The notes under the pieces are model-generated. The model did no database searches and was not told the origin of the DNA. It saw only the letters and a program-made list of their open reading frames with translations. This document shows positions 12,078-27,069 of a stretch of 64,000 nucleotides of DNA, piece by piece. How positions within the stretch are numbered: position 1 is the stretch's first letter; each line of letters starts with the position of its first letter. Origin of the DNA: Eledone cirrhosa (taxonomy: Eukaryota); contig OZ024748.1 in assembly GCA_964016885.1 (NCBI GenBank), positions 16,492,001-16,556,000 of the forward strand, in the 5' to 3' direction. A program made the position numbers and the translations under genes.

Positions 12078-12918
12078 GTACACATGTGTGTGCTAACATT
12101 GTGTATATCATCATCACACCTATATATATATATATATATATATAATATAAACATATATATATGTACAATATTAGCCCACACACACACACGTGTGTACGTG
12201 TATATATACATATATGTTCATATTGTATACACACACACACACACACACGTTTATACTGTGTATACACACACTTTCACAACCACACACATACACACACATA
12301 TATATATATATATACACACTTGTGAGTACATATAGATTTAGATTTAGCAAATTGAAAATATATCCTCTAATGATATTAAAAACGACGTTTTGCCACTTTA
12401 AATTTATTTTTGTCTCATTTTCCTCTTTTTTTCCTATTATGGTTGATGGCAAAACGTAATTTTCTTTTCACTTCTTGGAGAAATACCAAAATAACTATAA
12501 CACACAACAACATACAATAACCAAACAATATCATAACCAGAAAAAAGCTGAGACCCATAGAGAATTAGAATTTAGAATTATTAGTCACATTATAAATGGG
12601 AACATGAGAAAATTGTGGTTAATTTCCTCATGATACACCTTGTCAAAGAATACATTGTAATTAAGATCACACTACAAGAGTTAGCTTATTTGATTTAGAA
12701 ATTCCTATTCTCCTTAACCACTAACAACCTGTGTCAAATAAATCTGTATTATTGAGATACCTTTAAAAAGTACAAAACAGCGTTATGACTACATCACATT
12801 AAATATTGAAGTCTGTAGCATATATTACTGCAAATTTTCACACTAATCTGTCCACTGGTAAAGATCCTATAAACATTTGAATGAACAAACTACATAGAAC
12901 CACAATAGCAAGACATTT

Positions 12919-13133
12919 TTATCCTTTAATATTTAAACCAGCTGTATCCGACCAGAATTTTCTCACCTCTTTCTGTTAAACTGGCCATAACTGGCCACTC
13001 ATACTGATGATCTCAAAATAAATAATAGCAAAATCTCATAGATTCGATATTACGTGAGATACTATGTGAGATAAAGCATTTACCATGAAAATATAATAGT
13101 AAATGCAGGGTAATGTAATTATTAAAGGGTTAA
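12919..13133. mobile_element. piggyBac-like (TTAA) MITE, copy 1
   Basis: Ends ..cctttaatattt / aattattaaagggTTAA; body homologous to 30662-30886 and 36559-37464. Confidence 0.6.
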
Positions 13134-13719
13134 ATATATAAAAAAACCAACACTGACTGTATCACATAAAAAATCCAAGCCTTTACTCTAATACTATAAA
13201 TTTTCATAATGATCTGTCCACCAGTAAAGATACAATAAACATTTGAATTAACATATCTACCTTTAGATATCTTCAGCTAAATCATTACTGGAGACTAACA
13301 AGAGAAGTTATTCTTGCTTTTTTTTTCTATTTCTCCAACACATAGCAGCAACAGTAGCAACGATAACAACAAGAGCAGCAACAATAACAAGTAGGAGTAA
13401 AAATGACATCACCAGGAATAACTACTACTACTATTACTACTACTACTACAAAAGCAACAACATCCTGACACCTAAATAAATGTGTAGTTCAGAGAAGAAC
13501 CCTCAAGCATATGTTTTGGATCTTTACTTCTTATACTTTAAGGGAACCAGGCCACATCTAGGTTATGACTCCTGAGTGCCCTGATACCTTTTAATACAAA
13601 CCCAACCAAAACCGGTTCTATGAAATAAAACCACTATTTTTAATGAGTTCCTATTTAAATTATAATTTTCTAACAATTATATATATATGAACTATATGTT
13701 GAGTTATGTTGCTCATCAT

Positions 13720-13985
13720 TGCAGCCACAGTTGAACATTCCTGACTAAGTCTCTCCACAATTCCCAATTTTGCATTGTAGCTGACAACTGCTTCCTACCA
13801 AGGTTTGTATTGTCTGAGAGTTGATCGATGAAGGTTCAAGCAGGTCTTCCTCTACTGCATCTCCTGGGAGTTGGCTTTCACAATAGTAACTTGTGTATAA
13901 TGTCCTACTTACTTCTCCAGCAATGTCCTGCAAATTGTAACCGCCTTCAAGCAATTGTAGTTGTTATCTTGGACAAGTTTCTGTA
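13720..13985 (-). mobile_element. RTE-superfamily LINE 3' fragment, same type as 23196-23928
   Basis: Minus-strand translation RRLQFAGHCWRSK..HKLLL.KPTPRRCSRGRPA.TFIDQLSDNTNL...MQNRELWRDLV with stops. Confidence 0.7.
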
Positions 13986-14053
13986 TAAACGTTTTCAGTA
14001 ATGAAATAATAATTTAACTAAATCCCTCAAATTACTCATTAATTAATTAGAAA

Positions 14054-14241
14054 GGGCGGTGGATTGGCAGTATCGGTGGAGGGTCGGACGCCATGCTTTC
14101 CAGCATAGTTACGTCCCTTTACGATCTGAGTTCAAATCCCGCCGAGGTTGACTTTGCCTTTCATCCTTATGGGGTCGATAAAATAAAGTACCAGTAACGC
14201 ACTGGGTAATTGCTGGCCTTGTGCCTAAAGTAGAAACAATT
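14054..14241 (+). mobile_element. SINE family A (tRNA head + Meta-like core), full copy with TSD
   Basis: A box tggcagtatcgg, B box gagttcaaatcc, core gactttgcctttcatcctt..ggggtcgataaaataaagtaccag; direct repeat aattaattagaaa at 14041-14053 and 14242-14254. Confidence 0.85.
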
Positions 14242-14384
14242 AATTAATTAGAAATATGTTCACAAAAGGGTTTAAATTGATTAACTAAATTAGCTAATTA
14301 ACCAGTGTTTCAAAAGGCTGACCATTTGAATTACAGGTACAACATACTTTTTCGAGAGATCACAGCTGTGATATTATGCACATG

Positions 14385-14670
14385 TGTTTAGAATGTCTCA
14401 AGAAAGAATCTCTAGACAGATTTTTTTGGGGTAAAATCAACCAACAGAAGACACAGAGGTTGACCCCGAACATGACAGCTGCATAATATCCATGTGCTTG
14501 GCTGTTCTCACATGGGGATCCAGCCGGATAACATCAATAAGCTTGGCTGTTCTCGTATGGAGACCCAACCAGATCAATTGGAGATGGTTGCTTCTGACAG
14601 GATCCACTGGAAAAGAAGTACATCAGAACTCTGCTCTTATGAACCTCCTAGGAATATGTGGGCAAAGAAG
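14385..14670 (+). mobile_element. RTE-like LINE 3' fragment
   Basis: Translates as RMSQERISRQIF..RHRG.PRT..DQLEMVASDRIHWK, typical of a LINE C-terminal region. Confidence 0.5.
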
Positions 14671-14689
14671 AAGAAGAAAAAGAACTTAT

Positions 14690-14825
14690 TTTTTTACAGC
14701 TGAGTGGACTAAAGCAGCATGAAAGAAAGTATCTTGCTCAAGAGTATAACACACTCTCAGGAATCGAACTTATGACCTTAATATCATGAGTCAAACACAC
14801 TAACCAATAAGCCAAACTCCTTCAC
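14690..14825 (-). mobile_element. SINE family B head/core fragment
   Basis: Reverse complement has tggcttattggttagtg..agttcgattcctg..cttgagcaagatacttt..ccactcagctgtaaa. Confidence 0.6.
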
Positions 14826-16061
14826 AAGACAATTTTGTAGCTACCTCTTATGAAAATATAAAAAATAAAATAAAAATGTTCCAATCCTTTATGCAGTGCA
14901 TTCCAAGCCAACCTTTTCCCATATAAATATTCTTTTACTTCATCTTTATATCAACCTTCTTCTAATTCATCTTTTCGCATTATTCTTCTCATTTTTTTCT
15001 GGCTTCATCATCTCCTACTGTATCTTCATCTTCACTTCCTCTTCTTCTTCTGCTTCACATTCTTCCCTCAAGGCATTACACCAGCTGTTCCCTCTTCATT
15101 CTCTCCATTATATAAAACTATAAAATCAACCATTGATAGTTTTTAAAGTGAAACTAAGTCAATTGATTTCTTTACTCAGGAACACACCAATATATATAAT
15201 CTCCTCTCCCTCTCTTTTTCTTTCTCACAGTATATATATATATATATATGTGTGTGTGTATAAAACATTTCATTATGTATGTGTGTATGTGTGTGTATAT
15301 AAATATATCTGTGTACGTATATATATATATATATATATATATAAACGTTTATATATACATATATAAACATTATATATATATATATATATATATATAAAAC
15401 GTTTATATATACATATATAAACATATATATATATATATATACACACACTGGGTGGGTATATATACATATATATAATATTAATTTGAGTATGTGTTAATAT
15501 AAATATATAAAGATATATTAACACACACACACATATATATAGAGGGTGGATGGATATATATATATATATAAGAACGAAGAGTTGTAAAAATCAATAACTA
15601 TGTAATACATGAACTTCCTGATCTATAAGAATTCCTTTTGTATCTATTATATGCTTTCTATTTAGGTTCTCAAAGACTGCCTCGTGTTCTATGAGAACAT
15701 GCATTTTAACAGAAACATCATGTCTACAGGAAAAGAGCGATCAAATTTTTTATATCTTTTTTTATTTGGGATAAATTTCGGGGGCTTTTTTTGGCAATTG
15801 AAAATAAAAATTGGAACATTTTTGTTCACACATTGGTTGTTTTGTTTCTTTTATTTTTGTTTTGTCTTAGTTTTTGTTTTGTTGATTTTTCCATTAATTT
15901 TCTGTGTTTTTTATCTTTTTGTTTTTTTCTTCAGACATACTTTAATATGTTAAATGTTGTGATTAACCTACAAGTTGCTATTTGAAAAGTAAAGCTCAAC
16001 ATTTGTACTAAATATTATATCACTATATATATATATACACATATATTTATTTATATATCCA

Positions 16062-16137
<76 letters not shown>

Positions 16138-16505
16138 CTTTACAAATAACAATCAAAGAGTGTTTAGAACATTTAATCATTTATGATCGTTTCATTCCAG
16201 CACAAGGAAGGAATCATATATATATATATATATATGCACATATGTATATAATATATATGCACATATATTTATACAGATATATATACATCCAGACATGTAT
16301 ACTCACATATATGAATACACCCACATATTTATAAATACACATACATACACACATATATATATATTCTGTGTGAACGAATCACATTCCCCCGAACTGATCT
16401 GATTACTCACTAAGTGACAACCCATCCTATCCATGCTAGCATGGAAGATGGACATTAAATGATGATGAAGATGATGATATATATAGAGGCACATGGCTGA
16501 TGGAG

Positions 16506-16845
16506 GCACATGGCTTAGTGGTTACAGCATTGGCCTTGTAATCGAAAGGTTGTGAGTTCAATTCTCAGACCGGGTGATGTGTTGTTTTCTTGAGCAAGAC
16601 ACTTTATTTCACATTGCTCCAGTTTACTCAGCTGTAGAAATGAGATGATAGGGACTGGGGTCTCTATCATTCCACTGTAAAGTGGTCGTCGAGGTGCCAC
16701 GACAAAAAAGCACCCAGCACTCACTGTAAATGAGGTTGGTGTTAGGAAGGGCCTCCAGCTGTAGAAATCAAGCAAGAATCAGTTCCCGTCCCACCCTTGC
16801 AAGCAGGGAAAAGTGGACGTAAAATGATGATGATGATGATGATGA
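16506..16845 (+). mobile_element. SINE family B (tRNA head, core, RTE-derived 3' tail ending in (ATG)n), full copy
   Basis: ggcacatggcttagtggtt (A box), gtgagttcaattctc (B box), cttgagcaagacactt core, tail cccttgcaagcagggaaaagtggacgtaaaatgatgatg. Confidence 0.85.
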
Positions 16846-17573
16846 TATATATACATGTATGCATTAGTGTTTGTATTTATGTACTGAAACATAGCAATTT
16901 AGGAACAACAAAAAAAAAAGAGTTCTGTAACATATGTCTCCATTTAAAAAAAAGTAAAAGAAGAAATGTGGACAACTTGATGAAAAAAAAAACCCTTTAA
17001 GGGGGTGCTCCAGCATGGCTACAATCAAACAATTAAAACCCACAAAAGAATAAACAAATAAAAGGATGAAAAAAAACACAAATACATAAATTATATAACT
17101 TCATATCACTCATACCTCCCACCAGGAATCTTTAAGAAATAGACTAATGTTTTATAAGAATTAAAAGTGGCAACCTTCACACCTTTTAGTGTGAAATAGC
17201 GACATTAATGTAAATGAAATTAAATAGGTAAAACGAATAGATTTACATTGGAGATTTAAAATATAATTTTATATATACAAGTGGGAATTGATGTTGGATT
17301 GTTTTAGAATAAGCTTGACAAGAAATAAATTTATTGTAAAAACACTTCAGATTAATGAAATATATACCTATATACACACACATACAAATACATGTGTATA
17401 TATATACACATATGCACACATATACAAATATATATATAAATACAAATATATATATATATACACACATATACAAATATAAATAAATACAAATATATATATA
17501 TATATATATGTGTTAATATATATATATATACACACATATACAAATATAAATAGATACAAATATATATATATAT

Positions 17574-17759
17574 AATGAAGGAATTGTGGTAAGGAACCAG
17601 ATAGCCCATAACGCACCAAAGTACTCAATACTTTGGGTGGTAGAGTGGGTAATAGGAACAAGTATGACCCCTACGGCAGAGCTCAAGCTGTTTCGACGGC
17701 TATTTCTGGACTATAGCCGTCGAAACGGCTTGAGCTCTGCCGTCGGGGTCATACTTGTT

Positions 17760-17763
<4 letters not shown>
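17574..17763. mobile_element. Fold-back element in (TA)n, family C (~50-bp arms plus ~79-nt one-sided tail)
   Basis: taggaacaagtatgacccc..ttcgacggcta / tagccgtcgaaac..ggggtcatacttgttccta; tail+arm recurs at 60090-60232. Confidence 0.75.
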
Positions 17764-17799
<36 letters not shown>

Positions 17800-17814
17800 A
17801 ATATATATATATGT

Positions 17815-18160
17815 GTGTGTCAGATGTTAGCTAAGATGCTTCCATAGGTGGTATGCCGGTTGAGCCCTCTATGCTCTTAAGGTGCAGAGTATGATAGAAT
17901 AGAAAACGAAATATCAGTAATTCATCTGAACTCAATTTATTGTGTGTTACAATTGTTTCGCCGGCGGACAGCTTGAGACGCGATCATTGTGTGGATCTGT
18001 CTGATTCTGGACCCACAGGTTCGACGGACACGTCTAATGATTTCGGAGCATATTCTCTCAGATCCACACAATGATCGCATCTCAAGCTGTCCGCCGGCGA
18101 AACAATTGTAACACACAATAAATTGAGTTCAGATGCATCACTGATTTTTCGTTTTCTATT
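17815..18160. mobile_element. Fold-back element in (TA)n, family D (~100-bp arms 17898-17999 / 18059-18160, ~60-nt loop, ~80-nt tail)
   Basis: Arms are reverse complements with few mismatches and carry the hammerhead 3' half GAAACAATTGTA. Confidence 0.75.
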
Positions 18161-18365
18161 ATATATATATATATATGTTAATATATATATATATTAATAT
18201 ATATATATATTAATATATATATATATATATGTTAATATATATATATATATATATATATGTTAATATATATATATATATATGTTAATATATATATATATAT
18301 ATATATGTTAATAAATATATATATATATATATATGTTAATATATATATATTAATATATATATATG

Positions 18366-18403
<38 letters not shown>

Positions 18404-18431
18404 ATCAAAAGATGGTTAAAAGAGTTCCATG

Positions 18432-18499
18432 TATTTTATTATGCGCATTTCAAAAACAAATATCATGCGATAACATTTGCGTTTTCGTCAGATAAAATA
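18432..18499 (-). ncRNA. Type I hammerhead ribozyme, canonical core
   Basis: Minus strand: tattttat-CTGACGA-aaacgcaaatgttat cgc atgatatttgttttt-GAAA-tgcgca-TA-ataaaata; 8-bp helix I, palindromic helix III. Confidence 0.85.
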
Positions 18500-18683
18500 G
18501 GAGACATGATATGAAGGTTAAAAAGCACTTGTGAATAGTGCAGTTTTAAATCAACATATGAAAAGTAGTTTTAGATTGATGCGTGATATTGGGTACAAAA
18601 TTGAGGGGGGTTGTTGGAAAGGATGAAAAAGAGGAGGAGATGAGAGTAAAAAGTGGAGGGGTCATCTCCTACATATATATATA

Positions 18684-18877
18684 TACGATATTAATAAATG
18701 GAAACTATATTTATAAAACCATATTTATTTCATTATACATGGTTTAAATATGGTTTTATAAATATAGTTTCCATTTATTAATATCGTATATCTACTCCAA
18801 ATACTTGTCGAGTGCTTTATATCAGTTATAAAAATATTTACTTGTTGTATCCCAACAATTTTAAATAGAACTTTTGC
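18684..18877. mobile_element. Fold-back element in (TA)n, family B (short arms plus ~88-nt tail)
   Basis: tacgatattaataaatggaaac.. / ..gtttccatttattaatatcgta; same two outer ends as 59645-60071. Confidence 0.8.
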
Positions 18878-19401
18878 ATATATATATATATATATGTTAA
18901 TATATATATATAAATATATATATATATACAAGTTAATATAAATTAATATATGATAAACACTAGTACAATCATATAAGTGTTTGTATTGCAAATGACCAAG
19001 TTAGCTAGATTGAAAAATACTAATTAGATTAATACAGTTTGCCTGTCTCAATTTAAAATAATAAATCAATAAAAACAAACCCATATTGGCAATAGCCGTG
19101 ATACCTGGACAAATTCAAATTTTAAAATCCAAACCTGTTCCGTAGACAAGTTCAAATTTCAAAACCCAAATAAGTTTTGTAACGATAAGTGAAAAAGTGA
19201 AAAATTCCATTTTCTGTATTCATCAGCAGGTATCCAGAAAAATTGGTATGTTTCACCTCGAAATATTTAGGAGGACTGATAGTCAAGTGTTAACGCACAT
19301 GGTTTTTCAGCTCCTAGCTATCCCCATACTCGTGCTGCTAGAAATAACAGCCGTTTATATGGGGCTAAAATTTAGCTCAACAAAAGGAGCCGTTAATACT
19401 T

Positions 19402-19488
19402 TATATAGAGTTATAAACTCAAACAGTCTTTTACAATTAATTGAGCTAATTAATTGTAAAAGACTGTTTGAGTTTATAACTCTATATA
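19402..19488. repeat. ~40-bp-arm hairpin adjoining (TA)n; probable fold-back element
   Basis: tatatagagttataaactcaaacagtcttttacaattaatt gagct aattaattgtaaaagactgtttgagtttataactctatata. Confidence 0.75.
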
Positions 19489-19669
19489 TAGTATATATAT
19501 ATATGTTTATATATATATATATGTTTATATATATATATATGTTTATATATATATATATATTAATATATATATATATATATGTTTATATATATATATATAT
19601 ATATATACATTCGTATATGTATATGTGTATGTGTATATGTTTATATATATATATACATTCGTATATGTG

Positions 19670-19751
<82 letters not shown>

Positions 19752-19776
19752 TACAAATATATATATACCAATGAAC

Positions 19777-19821
<45 letters not shown>

Positions 19822-19870
19822 CAGAGTGACAAAACATAAGTCAATTGCATGAACTCATAATCCTTTATTT

Positions 19871-19926
19871 ACTGCTATATATATTTCGATGATAGCCATT
19901 GAATGGCTATGACCTCATCAGGCAGT
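19871..19926 (-). ncRNA. Type I hammerhead ribozyme, canonical core
   Basis: Minus strand: actgc-CTGATGA-ggtcatagcca ttcaa tggctatcatc-GAAA-tatata-TA-gcagt. Confidence 0.85.
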
Positions 19927-20000
19927 TAGTCAGTTCTTAGATATGCCAACTCTGTGTTTATAGTTTCATGGTATCAGAGCCTTGGGACATATATATATAT

Positions 20001-20039
<39 letters not shown>

Positions 20040-20335
20040 TATATATATATTCACACACAAATATAATCAGACATGGCCACACACACACAGACACACATAC
20101 ACTCAGGCATGCATATAAACACACACACCCACATGCACCAACAAACCTAAGACCAATCAACAGACAAAGGCACACAAAACACACACACACACATATACAA
20201 AAAACAACAACACCCACACATGAGTGCACACATGCATGCATGTATGCACACATACAAAGCTAAAAGCAATCACCAGCCATACATTCTCACACATGCACAT
20301 TCATATATCTATATATATATATATATATATAACAC

Positions 20336-20381
<46 letters not shown>

Positions 20382-21005
20382 CACACACATAGATACACAC
20401 ACATACAGCCATACGCACACACACACACATTCATACATATATACATACATGTACATAGATAAAAAAAAACACACATCTCTACATACAGAGAGAGAGACAC
20501 ACACACACACACACAGCCCTACACACATGCACACACACATATATATACGCAGAGACAGATACAAATCTGTAAATTAAACTATTGCCTGCCAGTGGTTGTC
20601 AGTGTTGTGTGCTATGTATTGCTGAGAAGAGTCTTATCTCCACACATGACTAAGTTTGTTAATGACATCTTGACATAATGACATTGGATGATGTTTTTCA
20701 TTATGATTTGTTTGCAATGGAGAAGAAAACTAACAGGAAAACAAAACAGTTTAAGGGTCAGGATATCGGGATATTATATGAAGATACACAATTGCCTGAA
20801 ATGTAGAGGGAGTTTTTTAAATTTTTAATTTGAATTTTGATAGTTGATGTTTGTTGAATATTTGTTAATTTTTCATCCATGCAAACATTTCAAATGCCAA
20901 CACACATACAAACATACAAAAATCACTGTCACTAATATTTGTCTGTGTGTGTATATATATATATATGTATGTGTAGGTGTAAATGTGTATGTGTATATAT
21001 GTGTG

Positions 21006-21062
<57 letters not shown>

Positions 21063-21154
21063 AGGTGTACATGTGTATGTGTATATGTGTGTGTATGTAT
21101 ATATATATATATATATACATATATTCATATACGCCATCTTGTCATATGTGTGTC

Positions 21155-21211
<57 letters not shown>

Positions 21212-21310
21212 TATACATATATAATATATACATATATATATATATGTAGAAGTTAATATAAATAAATATATGATCAACACTTATGTGTTTTTACTGTAAA
21301 TTGACAATAC

Positions 21311-21342
<32 letters not shown>

Positions 21343-21436
21343 GTATGTATATATATAAATGTATATATTATATATATATGTATATATATTCCATTTCGTC
21401 AAAAATACGTGCGTGTATATATATGTGTGTGTGTGC

Positions 21437-21490
<54 letters not shown>

Positions 21491-21949
21491 AATGCACATA
21501 TAGATACACATACATCATTATGACTAAAATACTTAAATACTCACAGTGGAACTCTAATGATGGGTAAGGAAGGTAACTAAGAAATAATGAGAAAATTAAA
21601 AGAAGAAATGGAATAGAAAATATAAAAGTGAAGTTTGAAGACAAAGTATTTGTTAATGGAAATATTGACAGGTTAGAAGAACAGTTTAGTTTTTCTATAA
21701 TGTATTGTATTGGTGTATTGTGTGACACTTTATGACTGTCAAGCAGCTTGCTACAAGACTTAGTTTTGTAGTGGATAAATATACACACACACATATATAT
21801 ATAGAGATATATATATACATATATACCCATATATATATACACACACATATATATATATGTATACATACACATTTATATATGTGTATATATATATGTATGT
21901 ATATATATATATATATATATGTGTATATATATATGTATGTATATATATA

Positions 21950-21994
<45 letters not shown>

Positions 21995-22421
21995 GTATAC
22001 ATACACACATATATATATATATACACATAAATATATACATATAAATACACATATATATACACAAATACATACATATATATACATATACATACACATATAT
22101 ATATACACAAATATATACATATACATACACATATATACGCATATATATATATATACATATACACATATATATATACATTATACATATATACATTATACAT
22201 ATACACATATATATACATATATATACATATACACATATATATACATTATACATATACACACATATATAAATATATATACATATACACATATATATGTATA
22301 CATTATACATATACACACATATATATACGTTATACATATACACACATATATATACATATATATTCATATACACATACATATATACATTATACATATATAT
22401 ATATATACATATACATTATAC

Positions 22422-22474
<53 letters not shown>

Positions 22475-22797
22475 CATTATACATATACACACATATATAT
22501 ACATATATATATATATACATATACACATACATATATATATACACACATATATATATACATACACATACATATATATATATACATACATATATACACATTC
22601 ATATATATATATACACACATATATATACACACACATTATACACATACATATATATATACACACACATATATATATACACATACATATATAAACATATATA
22701 TATATATACATACATATATATACACACACACATATATATACACACATATATATATACATATACATATATATATACATATACATATATATACATATAC

Positions 22798-22834
<37 letters not shown>

Positions 22835-22845
22835 CATATATATAC

Positions 22846-22876
<31 letters not shown>

Positions 22877-23195
22877 CATATATATATATACATATATATA
22901 TATATACACATATATATATATACACATATATATATATACACATATATATATATATATATACATATATATACACATATATATATACATATATATACACATA
23001 TATATACATATATATACACATATATATACATATATATATACACATATATATACACATATATACACATATATATATACATACATATATACATACATATATA
23101 CATACATATATATATATACATACATATATATACATATATATATATACATATATACATATACATATATATATATATACATATATATCCATATCTAT

Positions 23196-23928
23196 CTAAG
23201 GCAGGTAAAATTTCCGAGATCCATGGACGAGTTCTCTCCAGTAGTCTCTGTCCCTCATTATCGCTGCCATGTCCTGTGTCTCCAACAGACCAGTGTCTGA
23301 CCTTAAGGCATCAACATACGTTAACCTTGGTCTTCCTCTTTTAGTGTGTCCATGTAGGGGCTCCCACAGGAGCACTGAGTGCAATGTCAACTCTGGATGT
23401 CGGTAAGCATGTCCAGCTAACCTCAGTCTCCTCTGTGTCACTTTTGAGCTGACTTTTGGGAGGCTCCCATACAGCTCTGAGTTTTTCATCCTCAGTGTAT
23501 ACTGATTAATGTTCAGAGCCATCCTCAGCATTCTCGTGTAGCACCCATCCACCATCTGAAAGAGTTTCTTGGTCAGTGTCCAAGTCTAAGACCCGTACAG
23601 CAGCACAGACTCCACTACAGCAATGAAGAGGCGGATTTTCAAGTCTTTACGAAGGTCCGACTTCCACACCGACCTCAAGCTGTGACACGCCACCCATGCT
23701 TTGCTCTTCCTCTCAACCACATCATCTTCCGTATTCCCAATCTTTGCTCCCAAATACAGGGAGTCCTCAACCAATTCTAGCGGCTTCCCGTCTACATTAG
23801 TGATCCCCTCTATTCTCTACCAGATATTTTGTTTTAGTCTCATTCATTCTCAGCCCCACACTCATCCACACAGTCTCAACCTCCTGCATCAAATTCTCTG
23901 CCTCCTTCACTGTATTTGTCACCAAAAC
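23196..23928 (-). mobile_element. RTE-superfamily LINE, 5'-truncated, inserted in (TA)n
   Basis: Broken frames: [69 protein letters not shown]. Confidence 0.85.
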
Positions 23929-23949
23929 TATATATATATGTATATATAC

Positions 23950-24000
<51 letters not shown>

Positions 24001-24139
24001 TATATATATATACATATACACATATATATATACACATATATATATATACACATATATATATACACACATATATATATATATATACATATACACATATATA
24101 TATACACATATATATATATACACATATATATATATACAC

Positions 24140-24170
<31 letters not shown>

Positions 24171-24173
24171 CAC

Positions 24174-24205
<32 letters not shown>

Positions 24206-24215
24206 ATATATACAC

Positions 24216-24281
<66 letters not shown>

Positions 24282-24333
24282 ATATACATATATATATATA
24301 CATATATATATATACATATATATATATATACAC

Positions 24334-24420
<87 letters not shown>

Positions 24421-24441
24421 CATATATATACATATATATAC

Positions 24442-24492
<51 letters not shown>

Positions 24493-24537
24493 CATATATA
24501 TGTATATACATATATATGTATATACATATATATATAT

Positions 24538-24580
<43 letters not shown>

Positions 24581-24927
24581 TATATACACATATATATATA
24601 TATACATATACACATATATATATACACATATATATACATATACACATATATATACATATATACATACACACATATATATATACATATATACATACACACA
24701 TATATATATATATATACATATACACATATATACATATACATATATACATATACATATATACATATACACATATATATATACATATATACATATACACATA
24801 TATATATACATATATACATATACACATATATATATATACGTATATACATATACACATATATACATATATACATATATACATATATATATATACATATATA
24901 TATACACATGTATATACATATACATAT

Positions 24928-25160
24928 ATCATCATCATCAACGTTTAACGTCCGTTTTCCACGCTTGCATGGGTTTGGACGGGGGTAGTCCCACTGAGGC
25001 AAGAGTGATTGTCTTGCTCGCATAGGACTGTCTGGCAGGTTTTCTACAGTTGGATGCCCTTCCTAACACCAACCACATTTACAGTGTGGGTCTGGGAGGT
25101 TTTTACCGTGTTGCCGTTGCCTACACAGCCACATTACAGCGTGGACTGTGTGTTTTTTTG
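24928..25160 (-). mobile_element. SINE family B-related 3' portion
   Basis: (CAT)n, tttaacgtccgttttccacgcttgcatggg, tggatgcccttcctaacaccaacc. Confidence 0.7.
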
Positions 25161-25304
25161 TCGTGACACCTACACTATCTCATTTGTTTCGGCCTGGATA
25201 GTGTGGCACAAACACAACTTTACATAGAACGGGGTGGCGTGGATGGGGGGGGGGGGGTATTTTGTTAGAGATGCCTACTGGCTGTAGTAGGTTTTACTAT
25301 GTAT

Positions 25305-25955
25305 TTAGGTAAGGCGGGTCTTCTCTGTTACTGAGTACCGCCAAAGGTCTCGGTCCAGTGACATTGTCTTGGAGAGGTGTAAGTGTGTGAGGTCGGAGTT
25401 TATCAGCTCGTCCCAGGTTTTTCTAGGTCTGCCTATTCCGTGGCTACCGTCTATCTTTATTGCCCTGCACTTTGTTATACAGCTATCGACTTTCATGCGC
25501 ATCACGTGTCCATACCAACGTAGCCTTCTCTCGAGTAAACAACATCTGATCCCTCTTATTTCTAATTTTTTCTTTAGTTCGTTTATGCTTTGCCGTTCAC
25601 GTATATTACTGTTACACATCCAGCGGAGCATGCAAGCTTCGTTCCTCTCTAGTCTGCATATATCCTCTGCACACAATGCCCAGGTCTCACTGCCATGCAA
25701 CATTGCTGTTCGTATGCAGGCATCGTACAACCTGCCTTTCATTTTTAGGGAGAACCCTTTAGCAGCTAATAGTGGTATAAGCTCTCTGAACTTTTTCCAA
25801 CCAGTTCTGACTCTAGCTACTGTACTTTCAGTGCACCCTCCCCCACCGCTGATTTTATCACCCAGGTAACGGAAACTGTCCACTATTTCTATAGAACCCT
25901 CTGCGCAATTGAAAGAGCTAGTATTTTGTGGGCACTTGCTGCTACTTATTGCACC
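25305..25955 (-). mobile_element. RTE-clade LINE, 5'-truncated RT C-terminal region
   Basis: [64 protein letters not shown]; uninterrupted frame to the stop. Confidence 0.9.
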
Positions 25956-26374
25956 AGAGCACATATACACATATATATATACACATATATATATATACAT
26001 ACATATACACACATATACATATATATATATACACATATATATATATACATACATATACACACATATACATACATATACACATATATATATATATACATAT
26101 ACACATATATATATATACATACATATACACATATATATATACATACATATACACATATATATATACATACATATACACATATATATATACATACATATAC
26201 ACATATATATACATATATATACATATATATACACCTATATATACATACATATACACATATCTATATACATACATATACACATATCTATATACATACATAT
26301 ACACATATCTATATACATATATATACACATATATATACATACATATACACATATGCACATATATATATACATAC

Positions 26375-26407
<33 letters not shown>

Positions 26408-27069
26408 CATATATACATATATATATACACATCATGTGTACTGAATTATATACAAAATGTTCATACAAAAACATTTTTATATACATACCACACACATATG
26501 TATAGACACAACTATGTATATATATGTTTGTGTGTTTGTTTAAGTACACACTTGTTTGTATAATTCTTAATGAAAATTTATATAAATTTATATAAATTTG
26601 AAGGAAGCATCACACACTATAGACAATATATAGAATATGCAAAATATATATATTTATATATGAAACCTATTTTATTCACTGATGAAAACAATTTTTTTTT
26701 TTTTTGCTTTCTCACTCTTTCTTTTAAACTGTTATCAATTTTTTACACATTATTTTACATTCTCTCCAATTCATATTTCAAAGAAGGTAAAAGGATTTAC
26801 AGTAAAATTAAGTTTATATAAATAATTATCATCTATAAAGTGTTTTTGTCGTCGTGCGCATTGTTTTGAAATTTTGTGTTTATCTTGCATATTTTTATGA
26901 AAGAAACCCAACTTTTAAAAAATTTATTTTAAAATGAATCCATTTTGTTTGGTTTCTCACTTCATATAAACTGAACTGCAACAGCCAAGAGAGGTGTGGG
27001 TGGGATGTTGTATTCAATTTTGTCTGACACTTCTTTTTCAATTGAGAAACTATTTCAAGTAACACGAAT

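Larger units (their letters stand above)
21780..26430. repeat. Very long compound (TA)n/(TACA)n microsatellite fields hosting LINE and SINE insertions
   Basis: Tracts at ~21780-23195, 23929-24928 and 25960-26430; similar fields at 33790-34450 and 47075-47670. Confidence 0.95.

Noticed and set aside
16506-16575. Genuine tRNA genes at SINE heads
   Set aside because: A/B boxes run into SINE cores and tails; no complete cloverleaf or terminator seen.
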